Assembly (NCBI GenBank): GCA_963677815.1
Contig: OY782499.1
Span: forward strand, 54,828-118,827
DNA from: Candidatus Cloacimonadales bacterium
GTDB lineage: Bacteria; Cloacimonadota; Cloacimonadia; Cloacimonadales; JAFGVF01
Direction: 5' to 3'
Length of the DNA stretch: 64,000 nucleotides
Made by a program: the position numbers and the translations under genes. Every line of letters begins with the position of its first letter. Position 1 is the first letter of the stretch. Below, in pieces: positions 8,943 through 18,258 of the stretch. Below the pieces are notes generated by a model. The model had not been told where the DNA came from, ran no database searches, and saw nothing but the letters and a program-made list of their open reading frames with translations.

Positions 8943-9758
8943 ATGCTCAATTGGGAAGCTATTTTACAGAAAATTACAGATATGGCTATTCAATACACAC
9001 CTAAAGTATTGTTAGGAATACTTACCCTTATAATAGGTTTTTGGATTGCTCGAGTTGTTACAAGACTTGTTCATGGAGCCTTAGTTAAATCAAAAGTGGA
9101 AATTACACTTTTAGAATTTTTAACAAGTATTATTGGTATTATATTAAAAGTCTTAGTTGTTGTTAGTGTAGCAACCATGATTGGTATCCAAATGACATCA
9201 TTCATTGCTATTCTTTCAGCTATGGCTTTTGCAGTTGGTCTAGCCTTTCAGGGCTCTTTAAGTAACTTCTCTGGGGGAGTTCTTATTATCCTTCTTAAAC
9301 CTTTTAAAAATGGAGATTTCATAGAAGCTCAAGGGCACATGGGAACTGTTGATTCTATTCAAATTTTTCATACTATCCTTAAAACTCCAGATAACAAAAA
9401 AATAGTTATACCTAATGGGCCTCTCTCAAATGGTAACATTATAAATTATAGTGCCCAAGAGACAAGAAGAGTAGATTGGACTTTTGGAATTGCCTATGAT
9501 GCAGACTTTGAAAAAGCAAAAAAGCTCATTATCGATATCTTGAATAATGATGAGAGAATCATTAAAGAGCCTGCACCTTTTGCTAGAGTTGGTGAATTAG
9601 CTGATTCTTCTGTAAATATTAAAACACGTGCTTGGGTTCCACTAGCTGAGTTTTGGAATGTTCATTTCGATGTTATTGAAAAGGTTAAAAAATCTTTCGA
9701 TGCTAATGGTATTACTATCCCATTCCCACAAACAGATGTTCATATAATACAGAAATAA
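8943..9758 (+). CDS. mscS: Small-conductance mechanosensitive channel (MscS family)
   Basis: Three N-terminal TM helices followed by the MscS beta domain (GDFIEAQGHMGTVDSIQIFHT...PNG). Confidence 0.85.
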   Translation: MLNWEAILQKITDMAIQYTPKVLLGILTLIIGFWIARVVTRLVHGALVKSKVEITLLEFLTSIIGIILKVLVVVSVATMIGIQMTSFIAILSAMAFAVGLAFQGSLSNFSGGVLIILLKPFKNGDFIEAQGHMGTVDSIQIFHTILKTPDNKKIVIPNGPLSNGNIINYSAQETRRVDWTFGIAYDADFEKAKKLIIDILNNDERIIKEPAPFARVGELADSSVNIKTRAWVPLAEFWNVHFDVIEKVKKSFDANGITIPFPQTDVHIIQK

Positions 9759-9772
9759 AGTATTTTAATAAA

Positions 9773-9810
9773 AGAAACTCCTATTGCTAGGAGTTTCTTT
9801 TCTTTCTTTT
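9773..9810 (+). terminator. Intrinsic terminator after mscS
   Basis: 10-bp stem AGAAACTCCT/AGGAGTTTCT with a 6-nt loop and a T-rich tail. Confidence 0.7.
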
Positions 9811-9836
9811 AAAACTTGTTTATAAAAAAAATTATT

Positions 9837-11375
9837 CTATTTCTTAAGATTAAATCTTGAAGCTGCCTTATAACCATCAACTGCAGAGGATATAATTCCC
9901 CCAGCATAACCAGCACCTTCACCTATTGGGTATAATCCCTTAGTATTAAGACTTTCCCCTGTTTGATGATTTCTTAGAATTCTCACAGGTGATGAAGTTC
10001 TAGTTTCTGGTCCAATTAAAATACCATTATCTATGAAACCTGTATATCTTTTATTCAGGTGTTTCATTCCTGTAACAAGAGCCTTAGTTATATACATTGG
10101 AAAGAGTTGTCCCATACTGGCTTGATAAACACCTGGTCTATAAGTAGTTTTGGGAAGTTTACTACTTGCTTTGTTCTTTAAGAAATCACGTCCTAACTGG
10201 GCTGGAGCGTTATAAAATTCTTTAAAAGCTCCTTTTTCTATTTTTCTTTGAAGGTTCATACCGGCTAAAACATCTTTACCAAAATGTTTGGGCTCAATTG
10301 AGGCTACTAAGGCTGAATTACCATATCTGCCATCTCTTTGAGAATAGCTCATTCCGTTAGTTACGATACTATTCTCTTCTGAAGAACCACAAACTACACT
10401 ACCTCCCGGGCACATACAAAAGCTATAAACACTGTGATCACCAGCTTTAGCAGTAAGTCTGTAAGTAGCAGGACCAGTGACATTAATATCACACTTTTCA
10501 CCATAGAATAAATTATTGATATACTCTTGACTATGTTCAATTCTAAATCCGATAGCAAAAGATTTAGCTTCCATGGCTATCTGATTATTATTCATATTAG
10601 AAAAAAGTTCTCTAGCTGAATTTCCTATACCTAGTAAGCAAATTTCTGGATTAATCTTCTCTTCATTAATGGTGAGTTGAATCCTGTCATTTACTCTCTT
10701 AATATCAGTAAGTTTATGAGAGAAATTAAATACTGCTCCCTTATCTTCTAAATAGCTTATCATTTTACTTGTCACAGACTTTATACCATCTGTTCCCAAG
10801 TGGGGTAAAGCATCAATAGAGATTTTTTTGTCTGCCCCAAATTGAGTCAAATAATCATAAATTTTATCAGAATATTTATCTCTGTTTCTAGCTGTTAATT
10901 TGCCATCAGAATATGCACCAGCTCCCCCTTCACCAAACTGAACATTTGAATCAGGGTCTAATTGATTATGTAACCATAAGTAATTAACTTTTTCATCACG
11001 AGTTTCAATCCTTTCTCCTTGCTCAAAAAATATCGGTTTAAAACCCTTTTCTACTAAAGCCAAACCTGCAAATAAGGAAGCTGGACCACAGCCTATGATT
11101 ACAGGATTTATATCAGAAATATTAATTACTTCAAGAACTTTTTCTTCTTTTTCTTTAATTTCAACAATATCGTGATGTTGAGGAGCTTTTCCATAGAAAT
11201 CTGCTTCGACAGTGAAATTTAACCAGACGTTATTTCTTTTTCTACTATCAATTGATCTTCTAATAATTTTGAGAATCTTGAAGTCGGATTCAGAAATACT
11301 AAACTTATGAGCTATTACTTGGGCTAAATCAGGGTGATGGGCTAAACGAGTTGAAATATTCTTAATAATATACAT
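9837..11375 (-). CDS. FAD-dependent oxidoreductase (COG2509-like)
   Basis: N-terminal RRSIDSRK module; GCGPASLFAG dinucleotide-binding motif; C-terminal GEGAGYAGGI. Confidence 0.75.
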   Translation of the reverse strand: MYIIKNISTRLAHHPDLAQVIAHKFSISESDFKILKIIRRSIDSRKRNNVWLNFTVEADFYGKAPQHHDIVEIKEKEEKVLEVINISDINPVIIGCGPASLFAGLALVEKGFKPIFFEQGERIETRDEKVNYLWLHNQLDPDSNVQFGEGGAGAYSDGKLTARNRDKYSDKIYDYLTQFGADKKISIDALPHLGTDGIKSVTSKMISYLEDKGAVFNFSHKLTDIKRVNDRIQLTINEEKINPEICLLGIGNSARELFSNMNNNQIAMEAKSFAIGFRIEHSQEYINNLFYGEKCDINVTGPATYRLTAKAGDHSVYSFCMCPGGSVVCGSSEENSIVTNGMSYSQRDGRYGNSALVASIEPKHFGKDVLAGMNLQRKIEKGAFKEFYNAPAQLGRDFLKNKASSKLPKTTYRPGVYQASMGQLFPMYITKALVTGMKHLNKRYTGFIDNGILIGPETRTSSPVRILRNHQTGESLNTKGLYPIGEGAGYAGGIISSAVDGYKAASRFNLKK

Positions 11376-11403
11376 TACTTTTCCTCTGAGATAATCAGGT
11401 TAA

Positions 11404-11430
11404 TAAAAAAAACGGCACTCATTGAGTGCC
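11404..11430 (-). terminator. Intrinsic terminator after the tRNA-Phe pair
   Basis: GGCACTC/GAGTGCC stem followed on the minus strand by G then T8. Confidence 0.75.
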
Positions 11431-11438
11431 AGAATTTA

Positions 11439-11514
11439 TGGTGGCAAGACCCAGACTTGAACTGGGGACACAAGGCTTTTCAGGCCTCTGCTCTACCAAC
11501 TGAGCTATCCCGCC
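11439..11514 (-). tRNA. tRNA-Phe (GAA), CCA encoded
   Basis: Hand-folded cloverleaf: acceptor GGCGGGA, D arm GCTC/GAGC, anticodon loop CTGAAAA, T arm CCCAG-TTCAAGT-CTGGG, 3' ACCA. Confidence 0.95.
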
Positions 11515-11534
11515 GATGATATTTTAAATTTTAA

Positions 11535-11610
11535 TGGTGGCAAGACCCAGACTTGAACTGGGGACACAAGGCTTTTCAGGCCTCTGCTCTACCAACTGAG
11601 CTATCCCGCC
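11535..11610 (-). tRNA. tRNA-Phe (GAA), identical second copy
   Basis: 76/76 identical to 11439-11514, separated by a 20-nt AT spacer. A TTGACA box lies at 11658-11663, 48 nt upstream. Confidence 0.95.
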
Positions 11611-11740
11611 ACATCATTTAAGATAAGTAGAACCTTTTTATTAGTGACCTCTTATTGTGTCAAGAAAAAGTTAATTTTATTTCTTGTCACCATTAGGAAA
11701 CATAAAATTCTATCATCATAATTTACATATTTATATTGAT

Positions 11741-13153
11741 TTAGAAGTAAAGGTCTCTTTCTCCCTTAGCTACTCTTTCTAGCTTTTCCTGCAATTCTTT
11801 TTTAATCTTTTCATCTTCGAAATCTTCAAGTTCACGGTTTATCTGTTCGTTTACGGCCTTAATTGTCTCCTCTGTACCATAATCATGAACATATTCTGAC
11901 ACTGTTAGAATTGCATTTGGTGTACAGAATTTTTTAACAAAACCAGGTATTGCAAATTCCATGAAATGTTCACCTGTTCTTCCTAAACGATAACAAGCTG
12001 TACAGAAGGAAGGCAAGAAGCCATGAGTGGCTAATTCTCTAATCACATCATCTAGTGAACGTTGGTCTCCAAGAACAAATTGACTTTTCTTAAAACTTTC
12101 TTCATCTTTATGAGAATAGTCACCTATACCAATACTAGAACCTGCATCTATCTGGGAAACACCAAAACCAATAACTTCATTTCTGATTTCAATAGGTTCA
12201 CGTGCTGTTAAAATTAAACCAGTATAAGGTACTGCAAGCCTTAAAATAGCCACTAATTTTTTGAAATCATCATCAGACACACCATAAGGTGGTTGCTCTG
12301 TAATCTCAGTGTTATTAGCTGGTTCAATTCTTGGGAATGAGATTGTATGAGGGCCTATATTAAAGGTGTTTTCTAAATGGATTGTGTGGTAAAGAAGTCC
12401 CATTACCTCAAATCTCCAATCATAAAGTCCCATCAAAGCACCTATACCTAAATCATCTATGCCTGCTTGCATAGCTCTATCTAAACCGTATAATCGCCAT
12501 AAATAATTACTTTTAGGTCCTGATGGATGAAATTTTTTATACGACTCTTGATGATAGGTTTCTTGGAAAATCTGATAGGTTCCAATACCTGCAGACTTAA
12601 CAGTTTTGAATCCCTCAACATCTAAAGGAGCTGCATTAATATTAACACGACGGATTTCCCCTTTACCTTCTTTGGTCTCATAAGTTTTTAATACAGTATC
12701 ACGAATAAATTCAGGAGAATACATATGGTGTTCCCCATAAACCATAATCAAACGCTTGTGACCACGTGATTCTAAAGCTCTAACCTCATCTTCTAATTGA
12801 TTCATGGTTAAGGTATTTCTATGAGTTTCCTTATTTGAAATTCTGAAACCACAATATACACAATCATTAACACATTCATTGCCTACATAAAGAGGGGCAA
12901 AAAGTACTATTCTATTACCATATATCTTCTCTTTTAATGCCCTAGCTCCTTGATAAATCTCTTGGATTAACTCTTGATCTTCACAATTTATGAGAGTTGC
13001 TGTTTCTTCTGGACTTAATCTGTTTTTGTCTAATGATTTAGCAATAATTTCTTTTACTCTGTCTTTTGTTGGATTCTTTGTTTTTTCTAGGAGATCAAAA
13101 ATCTCTTGTTCAGGGATAAATGACTTTAAACCTTTAGTATCAATTTTTACCAT
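11741..13153 (-). CDS. hydG: [FeFe]-hydrogenase maturase HydG (radical SAM tyrosine lyase)
   Basis: CVNDCVYCGF radical-SAM motif; ThiH-like core; C-terminal CTACYR...C cluster motif; 470 aa. Confidence 0.9.
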   Translation of the reverse strand: MVKIDTKGLKSFIPEQEIFDLLEKTKNPTKDRVKEIIAKSLDKNRLSPEETATLINCEDQELIQEIYQGARALKEKIYGNRIVLFAPLYVGNECVNDCVYCGFRISNKETHRNTLTMNQLEDEVRALESRGHKRLIMVYGEHHMYSPEFIRDTVLKTYETKEGKGEIRRVNINAAPLDVEGFKTVKSAGIGTYQIFQETYHQESYKKFHPSGPKSNYLWRLYGLDRAMQAGIDDLGIGALMGLYDWRFEVMGLLYHTIHLENTFNIGPHTISFPRIEPANNTEITEQPPYGVSDDDFKKLVAILRLAVPYTGLILTAREPIEIRNEVIGFGVSQIDAGSSIGIGDYSHKDEESFKKSQFVLGDQRSLDDVIRELATHGFLPSFCTACYRLGRTGEHFMEFAIPGFVKKFCTPNAILTVSEYVHDYGTEETIKAVNEQINRELEDFEDEKIKKELQEKLERVAKGERDLYF

Positions 13154-13169
13154 TTTTACCTCTATTTTT

Positions 13170-13418
13170 TTATATTTTTAAACTTGTTGATTTTACGTTT
13201 ACAGACTGGATTTGTCCTAATTTGCCTGTGAAAGCACCTAGTTCGTCGTTTGTTAAATTGATAATAATGAAGATGATAGAAATATTCTGCTCTGGCATTG
13301 GATAACCTACTCGTAACATTATTCTATCTGCTAAATCATGCAATATAGAAGAAACTTGATGAAAAGATTTCTCTCTATCTTGGACTGTAATTGTGACAGT
13401 TCTTACTTTTTGTTCCAT
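13170..13418 (-). CDS. TM1266-family iron-only hydrogenase system regulator (ACT-like)
   Basis: 82-aa protein immediately upstream of hydG; NikR-C/ACT-like pattern; typical hydG partner. Confidence 0.65.
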   Translation of the reverse strand: MEQKVRTVTITVQDREKSFHQVSSILHDLADRIMLRVGYPMPEQNISIIFIIINLTNDELGAFTGKLGQIQSVNVKSTSLKI

Positions 13419-13446
13419 AAAAAAAACTCCGTCTTCAGGACGGAGT
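13419..13446 (-). terminator. Terminator-like hairpin plus U7 abutting the start codon of the TM1266-hydG operon (candidate attenuator)
   Basis: Minus-strand sequence reads ACTCCGTC-CTGAA-GACGGAGT, then T7, then ATG. The GGAG in the 3' arm is the only SD-like sequence. Confidence 0.5.
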
Positions 13447-13690
13447 CTATATATAATTATCCTCTAATTATTCTATTTCATTTCTCCATCCCTTGAATTT
13501 AGTATTTACCTTAATCTCAGGATTTAAAATAACTTATTTGATCCAAACAAGCAGAATCTTCCTTTTGTTTCGATACTTATATTTAAATTAATTAGAAGAG
13601 TTTAAATGTCAATAAAAAAATCACTATTTCAAGAAATTTCTTTACATATCGGTCAAGAGATTTATCTTCTGCCAAAATTGAGGAGATAAT

Positions 13691-14188
13691 ATGATTGAAA
13701 TTTGTAGAATTATTAACTTGGAGAATAAACTTGAAGACCTAGGTCTGCTACTTCATGATTTCAGGCAGGAATTAGCTAGCTTAAAGATGAGGAAAATAAA
13801 CTATACTCTTGCTGATGCTAAACAAGAATGGAAAGATTATTCAACCAATGAATATGAAATATATCTTGCTCAGGAAAATAATATTAGCCTTGGCTATGCT
13901 ATCTTAAGAATATTCGACCAAACTGTCTGGCTTGAACAAATCTATCTTTCCAAGCAAGAAAGAAGAAAGGGCTATGCGACAAAACTCTTAGAACAAGCTA
14001 ATAGAAGAGCTAATGACTTTGGAAAGGAAACAGCTTTTATTAATGTTCATCCAAATAATCATAAAATGATTAAATTCTTGGCCAAAAATGGCTATGAGGT
14101 GTTAAATCTTATCGAAGTGCGAAAATTATATAATAAGGAGAAAATTTCTACAACAATCCAAGTAGGAGATAACTCTTTCTTGTATTAG
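13691..14188 (+). CDS. GNAT-family N-acetyltransferase
   Basis: RRKGYATKLL acetyl-CoA binding motif; ~165 aa. Confidence 0.75.
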   Translation: MIEICRIINLENKLEDLGLLLHDFRQELASLKMRKINYTLADAKQEWKDYSTNEYEIYLAQENNISLGYAILRIFDQTVWLEQIYLSKQERRKGYATKLLEQANRRANDFGKETAFINVHPNNHKMIKFLAKNGYEVLNLIEVRKLYNKEKISTTIQVGDNSFLY

Positions 14189-14216
14189 TACTAGAAATGC
14201 AGGAGATCTTTGTGAA

Positions 14217-14251
14217 TAAAAAAAATAGAGGGTAAAAAACTCTTACCCTCT
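14217..14251 (-). terminator. Intrinsic terminator after the porin / secreted protein / FMN-binding operon
   Basis: AGAGGGTAA/TTACCCTCT stem followed on the minus strand by A then T8. Confidence 0.7.
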
Positions 14252-14363
14252 TTGCTTAGGATGTGCTATGGTCAACAAAAAATAAATTATTCTAAGCGGA
14301 GTTTATCCAAGCTAGTAGCATGATTTAAGGCAAACTATAGTTATTACCCTGAATAAAGCTCAA

Positions 14364-14828
14364 CTAATTTGGATTTCTAATTCTCTTCAACATATTGGCC
14401 ACTGTAGCTTGAATTGAGTTACAGCTTATGGTTGCACCTGTCACTGCCCTGATATTACTTTGACTATTCCAGTTTTCGAATTGTTTCATATAATTACTCC
14501 TTTTAATCCTTTTTACAAATGAAGGAGTATCCTTACTTCTAAAAAGATAGCTATCCTTAATCTCTTTCTGCTTATCTAAGGCTAAGATTATTTTATTGTT
14601 TGCCTGATAACCCCTAACTTCATCTTCTTCCTGACTGATGAAAAGATATAAAGTATCTGCCTCATGAGTTTGGACTATGAGATAAGTATTTAAAGTATCT
14701 TCACAAAGCTGATAAGAAGTGTAAGTATCATTATTCTCAGCAAATTCAACTAATAACTTTTGCTCTTCTAAGCAATTTAAAGTAATGTAAAAAGCCATTA
14801 AAACAAAAGCAAATATATATTTTTTCAT
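14364..14828 (-). CDS. Exported FMN-binding-domain protein
   Basis: Signal peptide; C-terminal AVTGATISCNSI matches the (S/T)GAT flavinylation motif of FMN_bind domains (NqrC/RnfG type). Confidence 0.55.
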   Translation of the reverse strand: MKKYIFAFVLMAFYITLNCLEEQKLLVEFAENNDTYTSYQLCEDTLNTYLIVQTHEADTLYLFISQEEDEVRGYQANNKIILALDKQKEIKDSYLFRSKDTPSFVKRIKRSNYMKQFENWNSQSNIRAVTGATISCNSIQATVANMLKRIRNPN

Positions 14829-14834
14829 ATTAAT

Positions 14835-15713
14835 CTACTTTTGTAGGATTAATTTCTGTTGAGCTACTTTATCAGCTATTCGCACTCGACAAAAATATAT
14901 TCCACTGGCTACATCATTATTAGCTAAATCTTTTCCATTCCATCTAGCTCTGTTCTTGATATCCACAACTTCTATTTCTTTTATTGATTGAACTAACCTA
15001 CCTCTTAAATTATAGATATTAATTTGAGCTTTTTGCTTGGTTGGATTATCAAATTCTATAATAGTTGTAGGGTTGAATGGATTCGGATAAGCTGTTATAA
15101 TCAAGGGGATAATCACATTCTCAGCATTATTATTACTCACAGGAGAGATAGTTAATTCTAAACTTGGCCTATCAGCTTCATTCGCATGCTCTTTTGAATA
15201 GAATTTACTAAATTTCTGATTGTCATTAGCTATCATAACAAGTCCATGAAAATCATAATTATTTTCTATAATTTGAGAAATGATACTAGAAACATCAACA
15301 TTAAATTGATTTATAGTTGGTCCTCCAGTTCCAGAAAACATTTGCTCTTGAAAGATGTCTTCATGGTATGCAAGGTGTTGATGTATATCCACATTGCTCT
15401 CATTCCATTCTTCAGATATAGGGTATATTCTAACTAAAGTAGAACCACCACTCGGGCAAGAATAGAAGCGGGTTAGTTTCAAGCTAGCAACTTGAAAATT
15501 ACTATCCAAATATTCATCAATATCAAAATCAAGAGCAATCCTTTGGAATTGACCAGCAGGCACAAAGTTGGCTACCCATAATTCACCAGTAACATTTGGA
15601 CTATCCCCATGTTCTACATCAGTGTAACAATCGCTTGAAGGTAGAATAGTAATAACTTCTGAGTTTAATAAAATAGTTGATAGTAAAAATACTAAAACAA
15701 TAATCTTTTTCAT
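14835..15713 (-). CDS. Secreted DNRLRE-like domain protein with a T9SS C-terminal sorting domain
   Basis: Signal peptide; pattern FDID...ASLKL...VRIYPISEEWNES; tail YPNPFNPTTIIEF...SGIYFCRV. Confidence 0.6.
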   Translation of the reverse strand: MKKIIVLVFLLSTILLNSEVITILPSSDCYTDVEHGDSPNVTGELWVANFVPAGQFQRIALDFDIDEYLDSNFQVASLKLTRFYSCPSGGSTLVRIYPISEEWNESNVDIHQHLAYHEDIFQEQMFSGTGGPTINQFNVDVSSIISQIIENNYDFHGLVMIANDNQKFSKFYSKEHANEADRPSLELTISPVSNNNAENVIIPLIITAYPNPFNPTTIIEFDNPTKQKAQINIYNLRGRLVQSIKEIEVVDIKNRARWNGKDLANNDVASGIYFCRVRIADKVAQQKLILQK

Positions 15714-15722
15714 GTTTCCCTC

Positions 15723-16742
15723 CTAAATATTTAATTGAAGTCTAGCTTTAAAACTTGTCGGTTCTTCATTTAAGCCATCTGGATGGGAAGTATTCTTACT
15801 ATAGTTAAATTTTAACTTTGTATATGCATCTAGAGATATGATTAAGCCAGCATCAAGATAATCATACTCCATTTCTACTGAGCTTTCTGCTGCCTTATCC
15901 CAGAAAGTATATCTTACAAATGGCTGAATATAATTGATTCTCTGTGTGAAATTTATTGGTAAAAGATAGGACGTTAATAAATAATAAGCATCATACTCGC
16001 GGGTATGAATATCAAAACCTTTACCTTGGTAATATTCTCCGGTTATATTGAAATTTTTAAAATCATATTTCAAGCCACCTATAAAACGATGTCCATCCTT
16101 ACTAGTCATTTCATTGTCTAAATAATATTCTTTACTCACTATATTATAGACACCTGTAAGGGCTAATCCCGGTAAAGGACTATTAATTATTGTAGCAAAA
16201 TTAAAGTCTTTCTCTCCATCAAGGGTATTCTTTCCAGCTCCATTCATAAAGGCAGCTTCGAACTCAATATCGGATGAATAAGGAAGCTGATATTGGAAAT
16301 TAGCTACAAAGCCAGTAGGATGACAGGTCGTCATAGAAGTATAAAAAACTGGTCTTTCCATAGGAATTCTTACAGAACATTCAGTCACTCCCGAAAAACC
16401 TCTTAAGACATGCCCCTGTTTAACACCAAGTGTAATGTTCTCGTTCAAATGATATTCAATTTCAGCATCCATTAACTTAAGATTTGTACTTGTTCCCACA
16501 CAAGTAGATACACCTGCTTCTATAGCATAAGAAATCCTTTCAGCAATACTACCACTTACTTCAAAAGCAGCCTTACGAACTTGAAACCTATTTGATGTAT
16601 CATATAGTCCAGTATTTGCTTGATCTCCACTATAATTATTAAAGTCTAACATTAGGCCTGCATGTACTTGAGGTGAAGAAATCTGGGCGTTGCTCATGCT
16701 TAAACATAAGACAATTGAAAGTAATAAAATAATCTTTTTCAT
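15723..16742 (-). CDS. Outer-membrane beta-barrel porin (phosphate-selective porin O/P-like)
   Basis: Signal peptide; alternating amphipathic strands; RFQVRKAAFEVSG near the N-terminus. Family assignment is tentative. Confidence 0.45.
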   Translation of the reverse strand: MKKIILLLSIVLCLSMSNAQISSPQVHAGLMLDFNNYSGDQANTGLYDTSNRFQVRKAAFEVSGSIAERISYAIEAGVSTCVGTSTNLKLMDAEIEYHLNENITLGVKQGHVLRGFSGVTECSVRIPMERPVFYTSMTTCHPTGFVANFQYQLPYSSDIEFEAAFMNGAGKNTLDGEKDFNFATIINSPLPGLALTGVYNIVSKEYYLDNEMTSKDGHRFIGGLKYDFKNFNITGEYYQGKGFDIHTREYDAYYLLTSYLLPINFTQRINYIQPFVRYTFWDKAAESSVEMEYDYLDAGLIISLDAYTKLKFNYSKNTSHPDGLNEEPTSFKARLQLNI

Positions 16743-17307
16743 TATAACTCCTTAGTTAGTTATATTAGACTAACTTTTTTAATATTTATTACATAGTTAG
16801 AAATGCCTAACATTTTGTCAAATACTTTTTCTCGCCTTATGACTTTTATGGAGCTTACTGATAAGTTTTGCAGGATTTTATTCAATTGTTTTTTTAGTTA
16901 GCTTTGTCTAATATTTATTAATTAACTAGCCTTCTCTTAAGTAGAGAGGGTAAAATGATAAATATTGTTGTATGTTATTAACAAATATAGAATCAATTTA
17001 TGGAAGTTGATACACATATAAGGGATGTTAATCTAATAGGCAGGGTTCGTTAGACCCTGTATACATGAAGCTAAATTTATCTTAGCCCTGGAAGGGCGAT
17101 AATAATTGGTTCTCTAAAGTTAAGTGTGTCTTAGAAAAATAATAGCAAAATATCTTTGAAGTATGCTAAGTTAATAACAGATAAAGTATTATAAAATACT
17201 TTCATATTTTTTCTAAGGCCTACCCACTTGAAAAAGAGCTTTTTTTCTTAATTTTTCTTTTGTATTTCTTTACTTTTTAGATATGTTTAGCAAATTAATC
17301 AAATTAT

Positions 17308-17523
17308 CCCAGATGGTGCAGTAGAGCTTTAGTAATACTTCGCTAAAGCTACGTATCACAGGCGAAGATTGCAGATTCTTTTAGCAAAATCCCCTTCTTT
17401 GAGGGGGGCACAGGGGGTGATACCATAAACTACGCATATAATATATATTTTCGGAAGAATTATGTAAGTTACTTTTGCAAAAGAATATAGTGCTATTATC
17501 AAAGTTCTATCGCATTATTTGGG
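17308..17523 (+). mobile_element. MITE-like element family A, copy 1 (216 bp)
   Basis: Termini CCCAGATGGTGCAGTAG ... CTATCGCATTATTTGGG. Flanked by the direct 5-mer ATTAT on both sides. No ORF. Confidence 0.7.
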
Positions 17524-17537
17524 ATTATATAGGAGGT

Positions 17538-18251
17538 TTACTTGATAATAGATTTTCTTTCAACAACCTCAACTTCAATAAACGAAGTTTTATTACCCCT
17601 TATAATTTGTAATTTTACCTTAGCTCCCTCATCAAGAGTTTGCAAATAATCTACAAATTGGATATTTTTTTCCAGCTGGATATTATCAACTTTTATTATT
17701 ATATCCCCAACTTGGAGATTAGCCTCAGCAGCGGGAGAGTTTGGAATAATATTTATTATTTCTAATCCTTTATTCTCATCTTGTAGTTTTTTTAACTCAA
17801 CCCCAATCACTTTATCATCTTGTGATTCAAATCTATAAATAAAGGTTTTACTCTGCTCTAAAAGTTCTTGAATTTTTCTTTCAAATTGATTTAATTTATA
17901 ATCATCTTTACTAACCAATTTTATGATAGTTTTATATTCTTCACCATTCCTCAAGTAATTGATGGGTAAATCATCACCCACATCATAATTTTTTAAGATA
18001 TCATACAAATGATCTAGAGAAGTAACCTTTTCATCACCAGCGAGAATAATCACATCACCCTCACTTAAACCTGCTTTTGAGGCTGGAGAATCACTTACTA
18101 CTTTATGTACAAACAATCCTTCTTTTTGATTTTTTGGATTATTAAGTCTAGCATTTTCTCCCAAATATACTCCTAAATATACCTGAGCAGAAAGTGATAG
18201 AGATAGAAGAAGAAATAAGAGAATTAATATAAAAATATTTAGTTTCCTCAT
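17538..18251 (-). CDS. Exported protein with two PDZ domains
   Basis: Signal peptide; GLFVHKVVSDSPASKAGLSEGDVI and GLEIINIIPNSPAAEANLQVGDII PDZ cores. Confidence 0.75.
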   Translation of the reverse strand: MRKLNIFILILLFLLLSLSLSAQVYLGVYLGENARLNNPKNQKEGLFVHKVVSDSPASKAGLSEGDVIILAGDEKVTSLDHLYDILKNYDVGDDLPINYLRNGEEYKTIIKLVSKDDYKLNQFERKIQELLEQSKTFIYRFESQDDKVIGVELKKLQDENKGLEIINIIPNSPAAEANLQVGDIIIKVDNIQLEKNIQFVDYLQTLDEGAKVKLQIIRGNKTSFIEVEVVERKSIIK

Positions 18252-18258
18252 ATCAAAC

